Assembly (NCBI GenBank): GCA_030141605.1
Contig: JAQGDQ010000849.1
Location: 1-64,000 of the forward strand
Direction: 5' to 3'
Length of the DNA stretch: 64,000 nucleotides
DNA from: Tubiluchus corallicola
Taxonomy: Eukaryota > Animalia > Priapulida
Made by a program: the position numbers and the translations under genes. This document shows positions 39,241 through 52,478 of this stretch, one piece after another. How positions within the stretch are numbered: the first letter of the stretch is position 1; each line of letters opens with the position of its first letter. Under the pieces are notes generated by a model. It did no database searches and had not been told where the DNA came from. It saw nothing but the letters and a program-made list of their open reading frames with translations.

Positions 39241-42065
39241 ATTAACGGGTGCGTTGAGACATATCGATGCAAATATCGACATTTTGTTTTGCCAAAAATA
39301 AGGGTGTTAAGCGAGGTTGACATCATAAAGGGGGTGGGAGTGGGTTATAACGAGGCTTTACTATAAATTACCTTCACTCTATGACTGAGTTTTGCATATA
39401 CCTGATCTAAAGAAAAATCTGTCAAAGAAAAGATATTCTGTGCTTTGCCACAACAATTCAACGTGTTATGATTTGTAAACATTTTTTACAGACGAAGTCA
39501 CTGCGTTTTAACCGGAAAAAATACAGGTCTCAAACTGGTTCAAATTCCTTTTTTCAAAATAACGAGGAGTCAATATACTGTTTTTAGTGCTCTTGAATTC
39601 ACCTTTACTGGCGATGAATTTCTACGTGGACCATTTTGACAAGTTCCTCAAATTGTTGATTTATGAAATAAAACCAGCTCGAATTCAACTCGTTCAACAA
39701 TTAAAGTCTATATTTCCACATGTAGTATAATAAATAACGATCTATTATCTTCAGATCCATTAGTCCGATTTACACTGCTGCTGAGAACCTTACAGTAGTT
39801 CGACAAGTTAACAGTAAAATAATCACCAAATTACGCCGAAAATAATAGAGATACGGTGAATTCGTCAATGATCATCCATTATGAACGCTATTTCCTTTCA
39901 AAATTATAAAAGACCCGGTAAAACCCGCAAACTCGTAGGCGGCATGGTCTGATAAGTATCAACCAACCGAAAATTTGACGAAATTCCGGACACTCGGTGC
40001 GACTTCACAAAATGACTATCCTAGTTTTTGTATACAGGGAAACTAAGTCGAGGGTCATCAATGGTAAATCGGCCTCTGTTATAGTTACAATTTTCTATGT
40101 TATAACTTTATAATTACCTCTGGTGGTACTAAATGATTTGCCTTGATCTGAACACATAATAATAAATACTTGCTTTACTAGGTCTGTGACCATTTGGGCA
40201 GTTAATTAGAGTCCTTTCTGAAGACCAGTTTATGGCACTTGAACGAGCTTTGCAACCTGCCCCGCAATTAACTACAGATAATTAAATTTTCTGAAGTAAC
40301 AAACATAAGCCAGAAAATTTAAAGCTACATAGATATCCTTGGAAACTAACTACACACGTATTGTCGTAGATTCGTTTCTTATTTAGTAACACTGAACCTG
40401 ATAGGCATATGAATGGGCGACCGCCATGCCCATTCAGGAATCCATTCGTAGGCCTGCTCATATGTTCGTACGATTAAGCATTGTCATGTGTGCAGCAAAA
40501 ATGAAACAAATTGATTTTTTATTGTAAATTAAAAAATATCCATGTTACTTTTTATAATGCTTAAATATGAAAATTACATATAATGTGGAACAGTAATTAT
40601 TGTCGAATATTCATTTCTATTAATTTTGGTTTTATTTTGTAATCGTGGTTGCCACGGTAGCGGCTTAGCCCTTAGTGGTGGTCTCCTCAGCTAGACTTTT
40701 TGAAATTAATGTGCTATTGTAATGAAATGCTGTGATGAATGCGGAAATAAATTATAATGAATGAATGAATGAAATTCGTGAATGAATGAATGAATACCCA
40801 TTCAGGAATCCATACCGCCACAGGAAAACTGGTTGTGGCAATTTCGACTGTAATATTATTATTACTATCTTTGGTTCTGAAGGCAAATGTACACGTTCTA
40901 GACTAATATCCTGGATCAATGGGTCGTGGGTCGTGGAAAATTCTGTTTTTGCCTGTTTTGCGGTACACCCCTGTAGAAGGGAAGTCTTTGCTTTTCATTA
41001 AAATAAAAGCGCTCTTTACATTCTTTCGTATGATTTCTGTAGTAAAACAATTTATAATCCGAAAAAATGATGCGAAACCCAGGATTGAACCAGGGACATT
41101 TAGATTCTAGGTCGGATTTAGCACCTCATTTTAAAGAATTACTAACCATAGTCCCTGCGTTTGGGCGTTTGATCGCAGCTATACCAAATTCGGCATTTTT
41201 TGACAGTGGATATTTGCGAAGTATGAAATTTGGGCAGTGTACAGTTGGGCAATTAACACATTCGGAATGTAGTAAACTGTAAAATGAGATTTTTGTCTTT
41301 CGAAATGGAAAACAAAACTTGCAGTAAGATTTTTTTACAGAAAATGCTTGTCATAAGCTTCACATTACATAAAAAATGATATTAAATTAAAAACACAAAG
41401 ACGACTCCTATACTTGTTTTCAGTATCAGCACTCTTTATCTTTTATCATAGCAATCCATAACTTGAACGAAGTATATCTATTAACACACTACATAATCAG
41501 TCAATGTCATCATCTGGGCTGTGAGGAGCTCAGACTGCTGCTCAGAAACCAGAATCTCGATGTTTACCTGTACAAGCAAACACAGAAACCGGTTCACATT
41601 TTCCCGAATCTTTTACTTTTGGGTAATATTTGGATTTGAAAAAAACTATATGGTTCCTCTTCCCCTGAGTGCCTAAGCACGTGCTTATTGTTAATTGTTG
41701 GCTGCTGATTGTCCTCGCGTAGCAAATGGAACGTATAGTCACTGAGTGTCAGACCGTGCAATGCACATTGAAGCGATTAGAGAAACGATTCTCGTCTTGG
41801 CTGTATGCCTGATTGCAAGGCATGTCGGGATTACACGAAAGTGAGAGAGAATCAACTTAATTTCATCAAATGCCACCAGGGGATTATCTTGGCGTGCTGA
41901 ATGAATCTAATTAGCCAGTCTAGGAATGTTTTCAACTTCACAGACGTTGGGACTGAGTCCCTGTTTCTTATGCCTGTGGTCATCCGTGCCATCCGAGTAC
42001 CAAGTAATCATTCGCTAACGATTATTTTCACTGAGCTGCAAACCCCAAAGTAAATCTAGGTAACA

Positions 42066-43250
42066 AAGTCACAAGAAAAAAAATTACAGGAAAAACTTCA
42101 CAGAAAAGAGTCACAGGAAAAACTTCACAGAAAAGAGTTACGGGGAAAAAAATTCACAGAAAAGAGTCACAGGAAGAAAATTCACAGAAAAGAGTCACAG
42201 GAAAAAAATCACAGAAAAGAGTCACAGGAAAAACTTCACAGAAAAGAGTCATAAGAAAAATTTCACAGAAAAGAGTCAGAGAAAAAACTTCACAGAAAAG
42301 AGTTACAGGAAAAAAATTCACAGAAAAGAGTTACAGGAAAAAATTTCACAGAAAAGAGTCACAGGAAAAAATTTACAGAAAAGAGTCACAGGAAAAACTT
42401 CACCGACGAGAGTCACAGGAAAAACTTCACAGAAAAGAGTCACAGAAAAAACTTGACAGAAGAGAGTCACATAAAAAAATTCACAGAAAAGAGTCACAGG
42501 AAAAACTTCACAGAAAAGAGTCACAGAAAAAAATTCACAGAAAAGAGTTACAGGAAAAACTTCACAGAAAAGAGTTACAGGAAAAACTTGACAGGAAAGA
42601 GTCACAGGAAAAACTTCATAGAAAAGAGTCACAGAAAAACTTCACAGAAGAGAGTCACAGGAAAAACTTCACAGAAGAGAGTCACAGGAAAAACTTCATA
42701 GAAAAGAGTTACAGGAAAAACTTCACAGAAGAGAGTCACAGGAAAAACTTCACAGAAGAGAGTCACAGGAAAAACTTCATAGAAAAGAGTTACAGGAAAA
42801 AATTTCACAGAAAGAGTTACAGGAAAAAATTTCACAGAAAAGAGTCACAGGAAACACTTCACAGAAAAGAGTCACAGGAAAAACTTCACAGAAAAGAGTC
42901 ACAGGAAAAACTTCACAAAAAAAGAGTTACAGGAAAAAATTTCACAGAAAAGAGTCACAGGAAAAAGTTCACAGAAAAGAGTCACAGGAAAAACTTCACA
43001 GAAAAGAGTTACAGGAAAAAAATTCACAGAAAAGAGTTACAGGAAAAAACTTCACAGAAAAGAGTTACAGGAAAAAAATTCACAGAAAAGAGTTACAGGA
43101 AAAAATTTCACAGAAAAGAGTCACAGGAAAAACTTCACAGAAAAAAGTCGCAGGAAAAAAATTACAGAAAATTGTCACAGGAAAAAAGGCGCCCTGGGGG
43201 GAAGTCCCAAGTAAAAAAGTCACAGGAAAAGAGTCACAAGAAAAAAGAAA
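42066..43250. repeat. 27-bp minisatellite, ~42 copies
   Basis: Unit CACAGAAAAGAGTCACAGGAAAAACTT, itself a diverged dimer of ~13-14 bp. Confidence 0.96.
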
Positions 43251-43460
43251 TAACCCTAACCCTCACCTGAATATTTATATTTGATCACAGATTTATGTTT
43301 ATATACCTGTGCAATCACTTTCTATTCCAGCAAAAAATTAAGACTTTTTCCCGCCACCATAAATTAATTGTCACTTTTTTCTCTCAGTTTTTACTTGCAA
43401 TGAGGGTAGAAACCTTAGGAACGTGAGAACTGTGCGCCCGCATAGGACCCGCAACTTTAA

Positions 43461-44000
43461 AGGAAAGCCAGACGATTGTGTAAACACAAGTTCAGAATAA
43501 AGAATGCTCTAAAATATTGAAAACTACAATAGTTTTTTTAAATCAAAGCTTAGATTAAATAATAGTTACCTCGGATACTCAGATTTCCTTAAACTTTCAA
43601 AGCTACTTGCGGCTCAGTGAATCTACTAAGATTGGTAGCGGCGCCTTTTTGTCACATTCACGAGGCCGACAAATAGAAGGCGGTACCGTGATAACCATGA
43701 TCATGAACTGCAGTGTTAGTTTTTGATGTCATATGATGTAAAGCCCATTTTTCGTGACATCATGCGTTTAAACAGTACTGTAACACTTACGCAAATGTGT
43801 TTGACGCGCAAGGGAAGACGGCTGCCATTGCACAAACTGTGGTTAGTTTCTGACGTAAGCAATAACTGTGTTCGCTTGCTGTTAATTAACTTTCTGAGCT
43901 AATTATTCAAATATAAGAAACAACTTTTATAGCAAGAAACTGTATATTTTGGACAGTAAATTAAAATGAGATTGAGTCTAAACAATCATCCGGTCTTCGT
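43461..44000 (+). mobile_element. Kolobok-like non-autonomous DNA transposon, family B (~0.55 kb)
   Basis: TTAA|AGGAAAGCCAGACGATTGTGTAAAC...GTCTAAACAATCATCCGGTCTTCGT|TTAA, with ~25-bp imperfect TIRs. Confidence 0.8.
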
Positions 44001-44004
44001 TTAA

Positions 44005-44526
44005 AGAAAAGGTCAAATCACGATGCCTGGTTTAATTTACTGTTATCACTTGTGCCCAGAAAAATATAACAAAACTGTCTATAAACCATATAGCTAATTT
44101 ATACTTTCGCTGTACAGAAATTTTCAGTCGCAGTGATTGCCGCCAGTTGCTTGAAAATTATGACGTACCTGGTGGACTCCATGGCTTTCCGCAAGCACGT
44201 GTCGAAACTAATTCAAACTTCTGCAGCTTACCTAATGTTCATGCAAACTGAAAAATATCGCAAGCTAGCTATCTAATTTTTGTAAAAAAACTTGTCATAA
44301 ATTTTGACGGAAATTGACAGTGTAGAGCTTTTATTCAGTCGATTTGCGACGTCATTGGTGGAAAAATGGGCGTTTAAAATGGAAGCGTCCAAGCGGGAAA
44401 GTGATTTTATTAATTTCACGAGTGGCTTATCATATTACTTATTATTAAATCCTTTTGACATTTTTCGCGAACTTCCCAGAAAGCGTGACATTTTTCGCGA
44501 ACTTCCCAGAAAGCGTGACCTTCCCT
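44005..44526 (+). mobile_element. Family C copy, directly abutting a family B copy at a shared TTAA
   Basis: TTAA|AGAAAAGGTCA...TGACCTTCCCT|TTAA; shares AACTAATTCAAACTTCTGCAGCTTAC with 2726-2751. Confidence 0.75.
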
Positions 44527-45634
44527 TTAAGTTTATTCATTAAGCGATTAGTCCTAAGTTGCCATCATAATGACAGTTATTGCCTTCAGAAGTTTTTATT
44601 TGAATCTTACCCATTTATGTATCCATAGAAACTGCGTGAGCTGTCTTGTTTAAGTGCACCTGGTTTATACGGTGATTCACGTGATCATAAAGCAAGATGA
44701 CGTCATCTACAAGGGTTTTGTGATTGATTTATTAAACTTGACACAAAACGTGATGGACCGCCCTCTTGTGAGTTTAATCACGCCTTAGCAGGGAAGCGAT
44801 GGGTGACGTTACATGTGTTATTAACCGTATTATACCACCAGGGCAGTTACCTAACAGCATTTGATATCGTACGGAACACCCCCGTCGAGAGAAAATGGTT
44901 TGGACCGCGACGGCTCGCGACAGTCTCGTTTTAAAGCAGCGCAATTGAGTTAAAATTGCGTTTTCTAACTCAATAAACCTGATCCTAAACCGAATCAATA
45001 CGCGGCGTGGAAGTGGTTTCAAAGTTGAAATGTTCAATGCTCATACTGAAGCCATTGTCACAGCATCTTGTTTACATGCGTGGCCCATGGCTTCTATCTA
45101 AATGCAGTCCAGAGTGAATTATCCTTCACGGCTGTTCTCTATTCAGCCTCGCGACAAAACGCAAAATGATGAACTTCGATTTTCATTGGATTTCAAAGCC
45201 GTTTTTGGCACCGTGCCAAGTCTCGCAAACGCCTAGAGGAAATGAAGGCGAGTGACAAATTGCGATAATGTCAAGAAGCGAAGTAAAGACGCCTAGGAAA
45301 GTTTGCCTGTCGCGTTCCGTTTCCCAGACAACAGATTATAAAGCGAGCATCACGGGGGTAAGTGAGAAAAGGACGCTTATACGTGCATGGCTTCCATGGA
45401 CCATTTGGAAGGGGTCCTTGAGATGTTGCTAACATATCCAGCTTCGAGCTTCGTTTTCTGCTTGGTTAGCACGTTTGAACAACAGAATTTGTCTCGTATT
45501 TATTTATTTATTGAATTATTAAGGAAAGAAATTAAAAAAGTCAAAGAAAAACGACAAAAACATTCTACATCGGGACAAAGAAACCACATATAAGTGGTAT
45601 AATGGTTCAAACACAAAAACGCGAACAACAGAGC

Positions 45635-45635
<1 letters not shown>

Positions 45636-45712
<77 letters not shown>
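45636..45712. repeat. (CA)n(TA)n microsatellite
   Basis: Directly visible. Confidence 0.97.
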
Positions 45713-45715
<3 letters not shown>

Positions 45716-45719
45716 TAAA

Positions 45720-46320
45720 CTTAATATTACGGGTATTACACTTAGTCAGTCAATCAGGCTTGCACTGAGTTATCTCAGTCGGGCCTGTGTTCAAATATTT
45801 TGTGGACCAATCTAGCATTAATTTTAATAACTTCTACATCTTGTGATGCATTTAAAAACACAAACTGCTCATTAGGAGACGTATAATGAAAGTTGGGACA
45901 GAAATCAGAAAAAATTCAAAAACATTTCTCTCTTATATGAACGTACAGTGGACATTCAGTAATTACATACAATTCATGCTCTACTTTGTCCAAACAAAAT
46001 TTTTTACATATTCGTTGTTCTACAGGTATTTGTTTCGGTTTATGATATCTACCAATTTCAATTGCTAATTTATGAGCGCTAATACGAAATCTCGTTAAGT
46101 TAGTTTTGACCTGTTTTTTCGAAATACCAATCAACAAATAATTTTCCATCTTATAAGAATTTTTAAAAAAGTTTATATGTTCTAAGTTTATTGCTATTTG
46201 CATTCGGTTGCAGCCGGGTTCATTTCTTGCAGCCATTACTGTCTATACCGAGATTCAAGTTTATCATTGATGGCTTTGATAATAAATTTCTTTCTATTAA
46301 ATGCCTTGGTGTTCCAGAAG
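45720..46320 (-). mobile_element. LINE (RTEX-like) ORF2 C-terminal fragment, frameshifted
   Basis: LTRFRISAHKLAIEIGRY...RICKKFC...EHELYVITECPLY zinc-knuckle-like motif. Confidence 0.75.
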
Positions 46321-46327
46321 TAGCTTG

Positions 46328-46622
46328 AATTTTAAAATTGAAAATTCGTTCTGTCTTTGTAGATCACGCTGAGTGTTGTAGAGTAGCACTGAACTTCAAT
46401 TTTCGCTTTCGCAAACACGTGCAACACGCTTACGGAATGTTTGTGCTTTCCAAAATTATGTTCAATTGTGATGTCATTCACAATTAACCGGTTGTTAATT
46501 ATTAATTATTAAATTACTGAATTACGTAACTATTAAAAGTTCTCTGGCATTATTACACGTGTTAAAATATATACACTTTTTTCCTTACTTTGAAATAGCG
46601 TAGGAAATCATCCTGTTTTCCT
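46328..46622 (+). mobile_element. Family A partial, diverged copy just downstream of the glycosyltransferase stop
   Basis: AGTAGCACTGAACTTCAATTTTCGC...AATCATCCTGTTTTCCT|TTAA. Confidence 0.65.
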
Positions 46623-46668
46623 TTAAATACCAAAATGACTGTACAACACGTAGAAGAGGTACTTTACG

Positions 46669-47739
46669 TCAACAAAACCCTGTGTGCTCTTCTATTTCGC
46701 CATCCCAATTCAACTTTAATGGTTTTTTTGGAAAGGCAGTAAAGGCTTGATCCCATCTGTCCACAAGCTGGAAAGGACATTTACCGGCCGTCGGATCGAA
46801 GCTAGGAACATGCTCTCCGGGCTCGCGATAATTACAAATCGTAGTCTTGTTGTTGGGAAAATTCCCGTAAAGGGTATAGAGATGATTCTCATTGTAGAAG
46901 TAGGAAGCGTAAGTTTCCTGCGCCAACGTTCTGTCAAAGCTCCACGTGTTTACAAGTAAATCATTTTCATTTGGAATCACAGGTATGAAACTGTCATTGT
47001 TCAAAGCATCAAATACCCATTCACGAAATCTCCTCCACACCCTTGGCATTGGAGCATAGCCCCATGGTCCTGGCTGTTTGTATAAAAACACATTGTCGAT
47101 GCACCCAGGGCAGAGCGGATTTCTGTACCGTCTTCTCCCGTCTTTCAGTCTTCCAATAGTTGTCATCTTTTGCAAAGTTACGCCAGCGACGTTCTTGTCA
47201 TCTTTATAAAAAAGTAGTGCTGCTTTTAACCAGCTGTAAAAGTGTGGCGACACCTCTAAATCATCTTCAAGTATCACGCCATAGTCGTCCTCTCGTTCTG
47301 TGGGAACCCAACAATTAAACCACTGTAGGCTAGATCCCACGTGCTCAGTATTAACGTGGACATTTTTATGACCGAACGCCCATTCAAATGATTTTGACAC
47401 AGACAAAGTTTTCTCGCAAATACTGTGTGTCTTTGGACTCCTGTCTATGCAGATGTTCAGCGAAACTTCATCACCACTGTAATCTGTAACTGCCAGTGAC
47501 TTCAAAAGTCTGTCTAGCGATTCTGGTCTATTATAAGTTAGCACGGCGATTTCCAAATGAAATTCCAGTTTATTTCGAGCGTCCACATTTAGCTCTTTCT
47601 CTAGATTTTTGCTGTCACAGTTTGCTTTTGTGTAACAAGTGGTTGCCACCATGCATAGTAAACTTAAGTTCGACGGTAGAAAATGTAAAAAAGAGAACAT
47701 TATGATCATTTTAAAGCACTCACAGAAATTGAGCAACAT
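46669..47739 (-). CDS. Putative GT-A fold (GT2-like) glycosyltransferase, single ORF, 356 aa
   Basis: Uninterrupted ORF; hydrophobic N-terminus; IAVLTYNRPESLDRLLKSL nucleotide-sugar-binding start; GVILEDDLEVSPHFYSWL acidic (DxD-like) motif; QPGPWG downstream. The start Met is uncertain (47739 or 47709). Confidence 0.85.
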   Translation of the reverse strand: MLLNFCECFKMIIMFSFLHFLPSNLSLLCMVATTCYTKANCDSKNLEKELNVDARNKLEFHLEIAVLTYNRPESLDRLLKSLAVTDYSGDEVSLNICIDRSPKTHSICEKTLSVSKSFEWAFGHKNVHVNTEHVGSSLQWFNCWVPTEREDDYGVILEDDLEVSPHFYSWLKAALLFYKDDKNVAGVTLQKMTTIGRLKDGRRRYRNPLCPGCIDNVFLYKQPGPWGYAPMPRVWRRFREWVFDALNNDSFIPVIPNENDLLVNTWSFDRTLAQETYASYFYNENHLYTLYGNFPNNKTTICNYREPGEHVPSFDPTAGKCPFQLVDRWDQAFTAFPKKPLKLNWDGEIEEHTGFC

Positions 47740-48668
47740 GTCTCATGGCGCTATGATCACGTGAGAGTCACGTCACCAGCCTCCCTAACCTGAATTAATC
47801 AGTGACGCTCAGTTGAGAAAGTAAAGGTAACTAATTAAGTTATAAGGACTAGTTTAACCTACAAAATAAATACAAGACCTGAATATGTGAACTTTTGTCC
47901 TATGGCCATGATGGAACCCTGTCAATCTCTTAACTGCCATTCGTTTCATAGAAATGCACAGGTTGTACCCACGTTGAAGCGTTCATGGCATTTCAAAATA
48001 CGTCATTAAAATCATCTAACAGTGTCCACGCATCTAGAAAGGTAGAGTTGAGACAGAGGATACAAATCTTTTTGGATATGATTCACGATTTTGTATGATG
48101 CACGATTGTGCTAGAATAGAGAAAATAAGAAAAAAAATGGACTTTAACGATTTAAAAAGTTTTTTGACATTTGCAATAACATTATTTCCATGACCGAAAT
48201 GTACGTTTGTGATTTTAAACGTGTATCGATAACTTGCCATTGAAAATATTGTTATCGATTTAGATGTAGTTTTTCACACGTGTCCTTTGCTTCACCCGCT
48301 GGCTACTTTGGTTTAAACATGATTTATTGAAGATCGTATGACTAGGTTTGAAACAGAGAGTTTTACAACTGATCATGTTCTCCCCTAATGGGAGCAAAAC
48401 GCTACACAGATGCAGAACAATGGTGGCCACAATATACAAAAATGTTTCAATAAATATGAACATTACTATGTAACAAGAGTAACAAACTTAATGCTATTTA
48501 AAGCGCTTAGTGTTTGAAATAAAAGACTGCGCTAAAACAAAAATTTGAGTGTTCACGGAATTATCTAGGGTATGATTCCCGTGCTGGAATAAACGTACAA
48601 GTTAATTTGTTGCAGGCCTGTAAACATTGATGTTAAAAGCTGACAAAAGAGTGCAGAGATTTGTAAAT

Positions 48669-49150
<482 letters not shown>

Positions 49151-49182
49151 CAATTAAGAAACTGAATTACTGAATTTGTCGA

Positions 49183-49303
49183 TCTATTATTTAATTATCA
49201 GAAACGTTTTTGCAGTATTAATTGTCTTGAAATGCATACTTTTTGTAGCAAGTAATTCGTACTTGAAAATGGGGCAGTTTATGAAAAATCATCCTGTCTT
49301 CCT
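49183..49303 (+). mobile_element. Family A right-end fragment
   Basis: TCTATTATTTAATTATCAGAAACG...AAAAATCATCCTGTCTTCCT. Confidence 0.65.
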
Positions 49304-49839
49304 TGAAATTGATCAACGATGAACGTGACTGAATTTGCAACTAATAACAACTAGTAAGGCGGAAAGTCACATCTGGGTGTAATATATTGGGTGGCGCAGA
49401 AAAAATGTGCCAATTCTTAGCGAGAGGTCTACAAAGCTGAATACTACAATAAATTAGCTTTTGGCTGTGAAAGTTACAAGATTATAGTTTCAAAAGTTTT
49501 TGAGTTATGGCTGAAAAGCTTTCATACGTTAAAAAACTGAATGCTTGAACAATGTTAGCCAACCGTCGAGTGAAAAATAGCCACGTTCAGTGACGTATAA
49601 ACACTCTATACAGGAAGAAAAACAATAAAGAAATCAATCAATTCACATCATTGTCGTCACCACAGAAAGTAAAGCATCGATAAACATTTGTTACCGAGAA
49701 AAATGGATTTAATCCTCTGGATTACGGTATAAGGAATTCTTTTAGAGAGAAGAGAAAGAGAAAGAGCCACAGACAGCCGTTTGATGCAGAGTAACTAAAG
49801 GCAAAAATTACTGAGGCTGAACAAAGTAGTCCTTCTTAA

Positions 49840-50373
49840 AGGAAAACCGGATGATTGTTTAGACTCAATCCCATTTTCATTTCTGTCCAAAATATACATT
49901 TTCTTGCCTATAAAAGTTAACAATTGTTTCTTATATTTGAATAATTATCTTAGAAAGTTAATTAACGGCACCCGAGCGCAGCTATTGTTTACGTCAGAAA
50001 TTAACCACAGTTTGTGCAATGGTAGGAATCTTCCCTGCGCGTCAAGCACATTTGCGTAAGTGTTACTGTACTGTTTAAACGAACGATGTCGCGAAAAATG
50101 GGCTTTACATCATATGACATCAAAACCTAACACTGCAGTTCATGATCATGGTTATCACGGTACCACCTTCTATTTGTCATGTGACAAAAAGGCGCTGTTG
50201 CCAATCTTAGTAGAAGACTCACTGAGCCGCGCGTAGCTTTGAAAGTTTAACAAAATTTGAGTAACCGAGGTAATTATTATTTAATCTAAGCTTTGATTTA
50301 AAAAAAGCTATTGTAGTTTTCAATATTTTAGGGCATTCTTTATTCTGAACTAATGTTTATACAATTATCCGGT
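49840..50373 (-). mobile_element. Family B copy (reverse; one terminus clipped)
   Basis: TTAA|AGGAAAACCGGATGATTGTTTAGAC; reverse complement of 53376-53925. Confidence 0.8.
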
Positions 50374-51356
50374 GGACCCATACAGCAATTGCTGTAATTT
50401 TACCAATAGCGATGCACGAAGTTTTTTCGGCCATTTATGCTTTTGACTTGTTGTTTTATCTGTACCTTCCGTATCTTTGAAAGAATCTAATGGAATGACT
50501 CAAATTTTTGGTGTTTGTACGTAGGTATCTATAAGGTCAGTGTGGCAATTTTCATGGACGCCGCCAGAGTTTAAAAAATTAGACGCACAAGCAGCTAGGG
50601 GGTCTGGGGGGGAGCTAAAGGGCGGAGCCCCGGCCGCCAATGCATTTTTCTGTATTTAAGCACATTTTGGATGCCTTAAATGAGATCTAAATTTCGATTC
50701 ACAGACTTTCTCAAACGTAAAAAATTCTGCTTTAAGAAATATATTTTACCTACATTTACCTAGGTAATATTCATTGTATTCTATTGTAGTAGTCACATAT
50801 CTTAAAAGCAAGTTCGTAATATACTGCAAAGCGGATGACCCATTACTTAAGCTTAACTTATTTAGTGTCAAGATTATCTGCCCAGCAAAATGTGGATGTC
50901 ATTTCACTATGCAAATCAGCTTACTGCTCGGGGATTGTGCAAACAGACAAGGGATAATGTGTTTTTTAGTTTACTGCTAGAAAAATTATTTAGCCATCAA
51001 AAATTTTCTTAAGAAATTCTGTGGACGCATGCGCCGTGGTAATTTTCAATCGGTTCTCTTACTTTCTTCGTATGATATCGTGATCAAAGCTTCGGTTGAT
51101 TTTTTGCTCCACCTGGTATGCTTCTTAGCTAATGAAGAAAATTAATAATATCTTCTGTAATTATCAGTTTTGCTATGAAAACGTTGTTGCAATTAATAAA
51201 ATTATACCCCCTCGCTTGCAGCTTAATTATTGTAATTAGCGAGGGTGCATTTAATTAATGTAATTAATTGTATTTCTTCCGTGTATCGATCTTCTTTCGG
51301 TGCTATTCTGTTTTGCTTTTACGATTTGCAAAGCATTCTGTTTTCAAGTTTGAGAG

Positions 51357-52082
51357 TAACGTTTGTTGATATACTGTTTTTCATATACTGCTTTTGAAAT
51401 AACGTTTGTTGATATACTGTTTTTCATATACTGTTTTTGAAATGCTGTTTTTGATATACTGTTTTTGAAATAACGTTTGTTGATATACTGTTTTTGAAAT
51501 AACGTTCGTTGATATACTGTTTTTGATATGCTGTTTTTGTGGTACCGTTTTTGAAATAACGTTTGTTGATATGCTGTTTTTGATATACTGTTTTTGAAAT
51601 AACGTTTGTTGATATACTGTTTTTCATATACTGTTTTTGAAATAACGTTTGTTGATATACTGTTTTTGATATACCGTTTAAGATATACCGTTTTTGAAAT
51701 AAGGTTTGTTGATATACTGTTTTTGAAATAACGTTTGTTGATATACTGTTTTTGAAATACTGTTTTTGATAGACCGTTTTTGATATACTGTTTTTGAAAT
51801 ACCGTTTGTTGATATACCGTTTTTGAAATAACGTTTGTTGATATGCTGTTTTTGATATACTGTTTTTGAAATACCGTTTGTTGATATACTGTTTTTCATA
51901 TACTGTTTTTGAAATAACGTTTGTTGATATACTGTTTTTGATATACCGTTTTTGAAATAAGGTTTGTTGATATACTGTTTTAAATAACGTTTGTTGATAA
52001 CTGTTTTTGAAATACTGTTTTTGATATACTATTTTTGAAATAACGTTTGTTGATATACTGTTTTTGAAATAACTATTTTTGA
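51357..52082. repeat. Minisatellite built from 14-15-bp subunits
   Basis: TTTTTGAAATAACG / TTTGTTGATATACTG / TTTTTGATATACTG modules in varying order. Confidence 0.93.
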
Positions 52083-52149
52083 TTCAAGGACATAGCACAT
52101 ACAATAGAACAACATACATACGTATAAAAGTCTTGATATCATAGACTTA

Positions 52150-52470
52150 TTATTTTAAATTATAACAGTTAATCAATCTGATTGCTCTGAGTTATCAGAT
52201 CTGCATTCAAGGATTATCTAGTATTAATTTTTCTAACTTCTGCATCTTCTGACGAATTTAAAAGCACAAACTTCTCATTAGGAGACACATACTGGCCAAG
52301 CCAGAGCAAAAATCAGAAAGAACATTAAAACATTTCTCTCTTATATGAACGTACAGTGATTACATACAATTCATCCTCTACTCTACATCCTCATCCTCAA
52401 ACAACAATTTTTACATACTCCTTGTTCTACTGGTATTTTTTGGCTTATGATATCTACCGCTTATGATTTC
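52150..52470 (-). mobile_element. Decayed copy of the same LINE family
   Basis: Shares AAAACATTTCTCTCTTATATGAACGTACAGTG and CTCATTAGGAGAC with 45868-45950. Confidence 0.7.
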
Positions 52471-52478
52471 TATGCTAC

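Noticed and set aside
43251-43263. Telomeric TAACCC repeat
   Set aside because: Only two units, interstitial.
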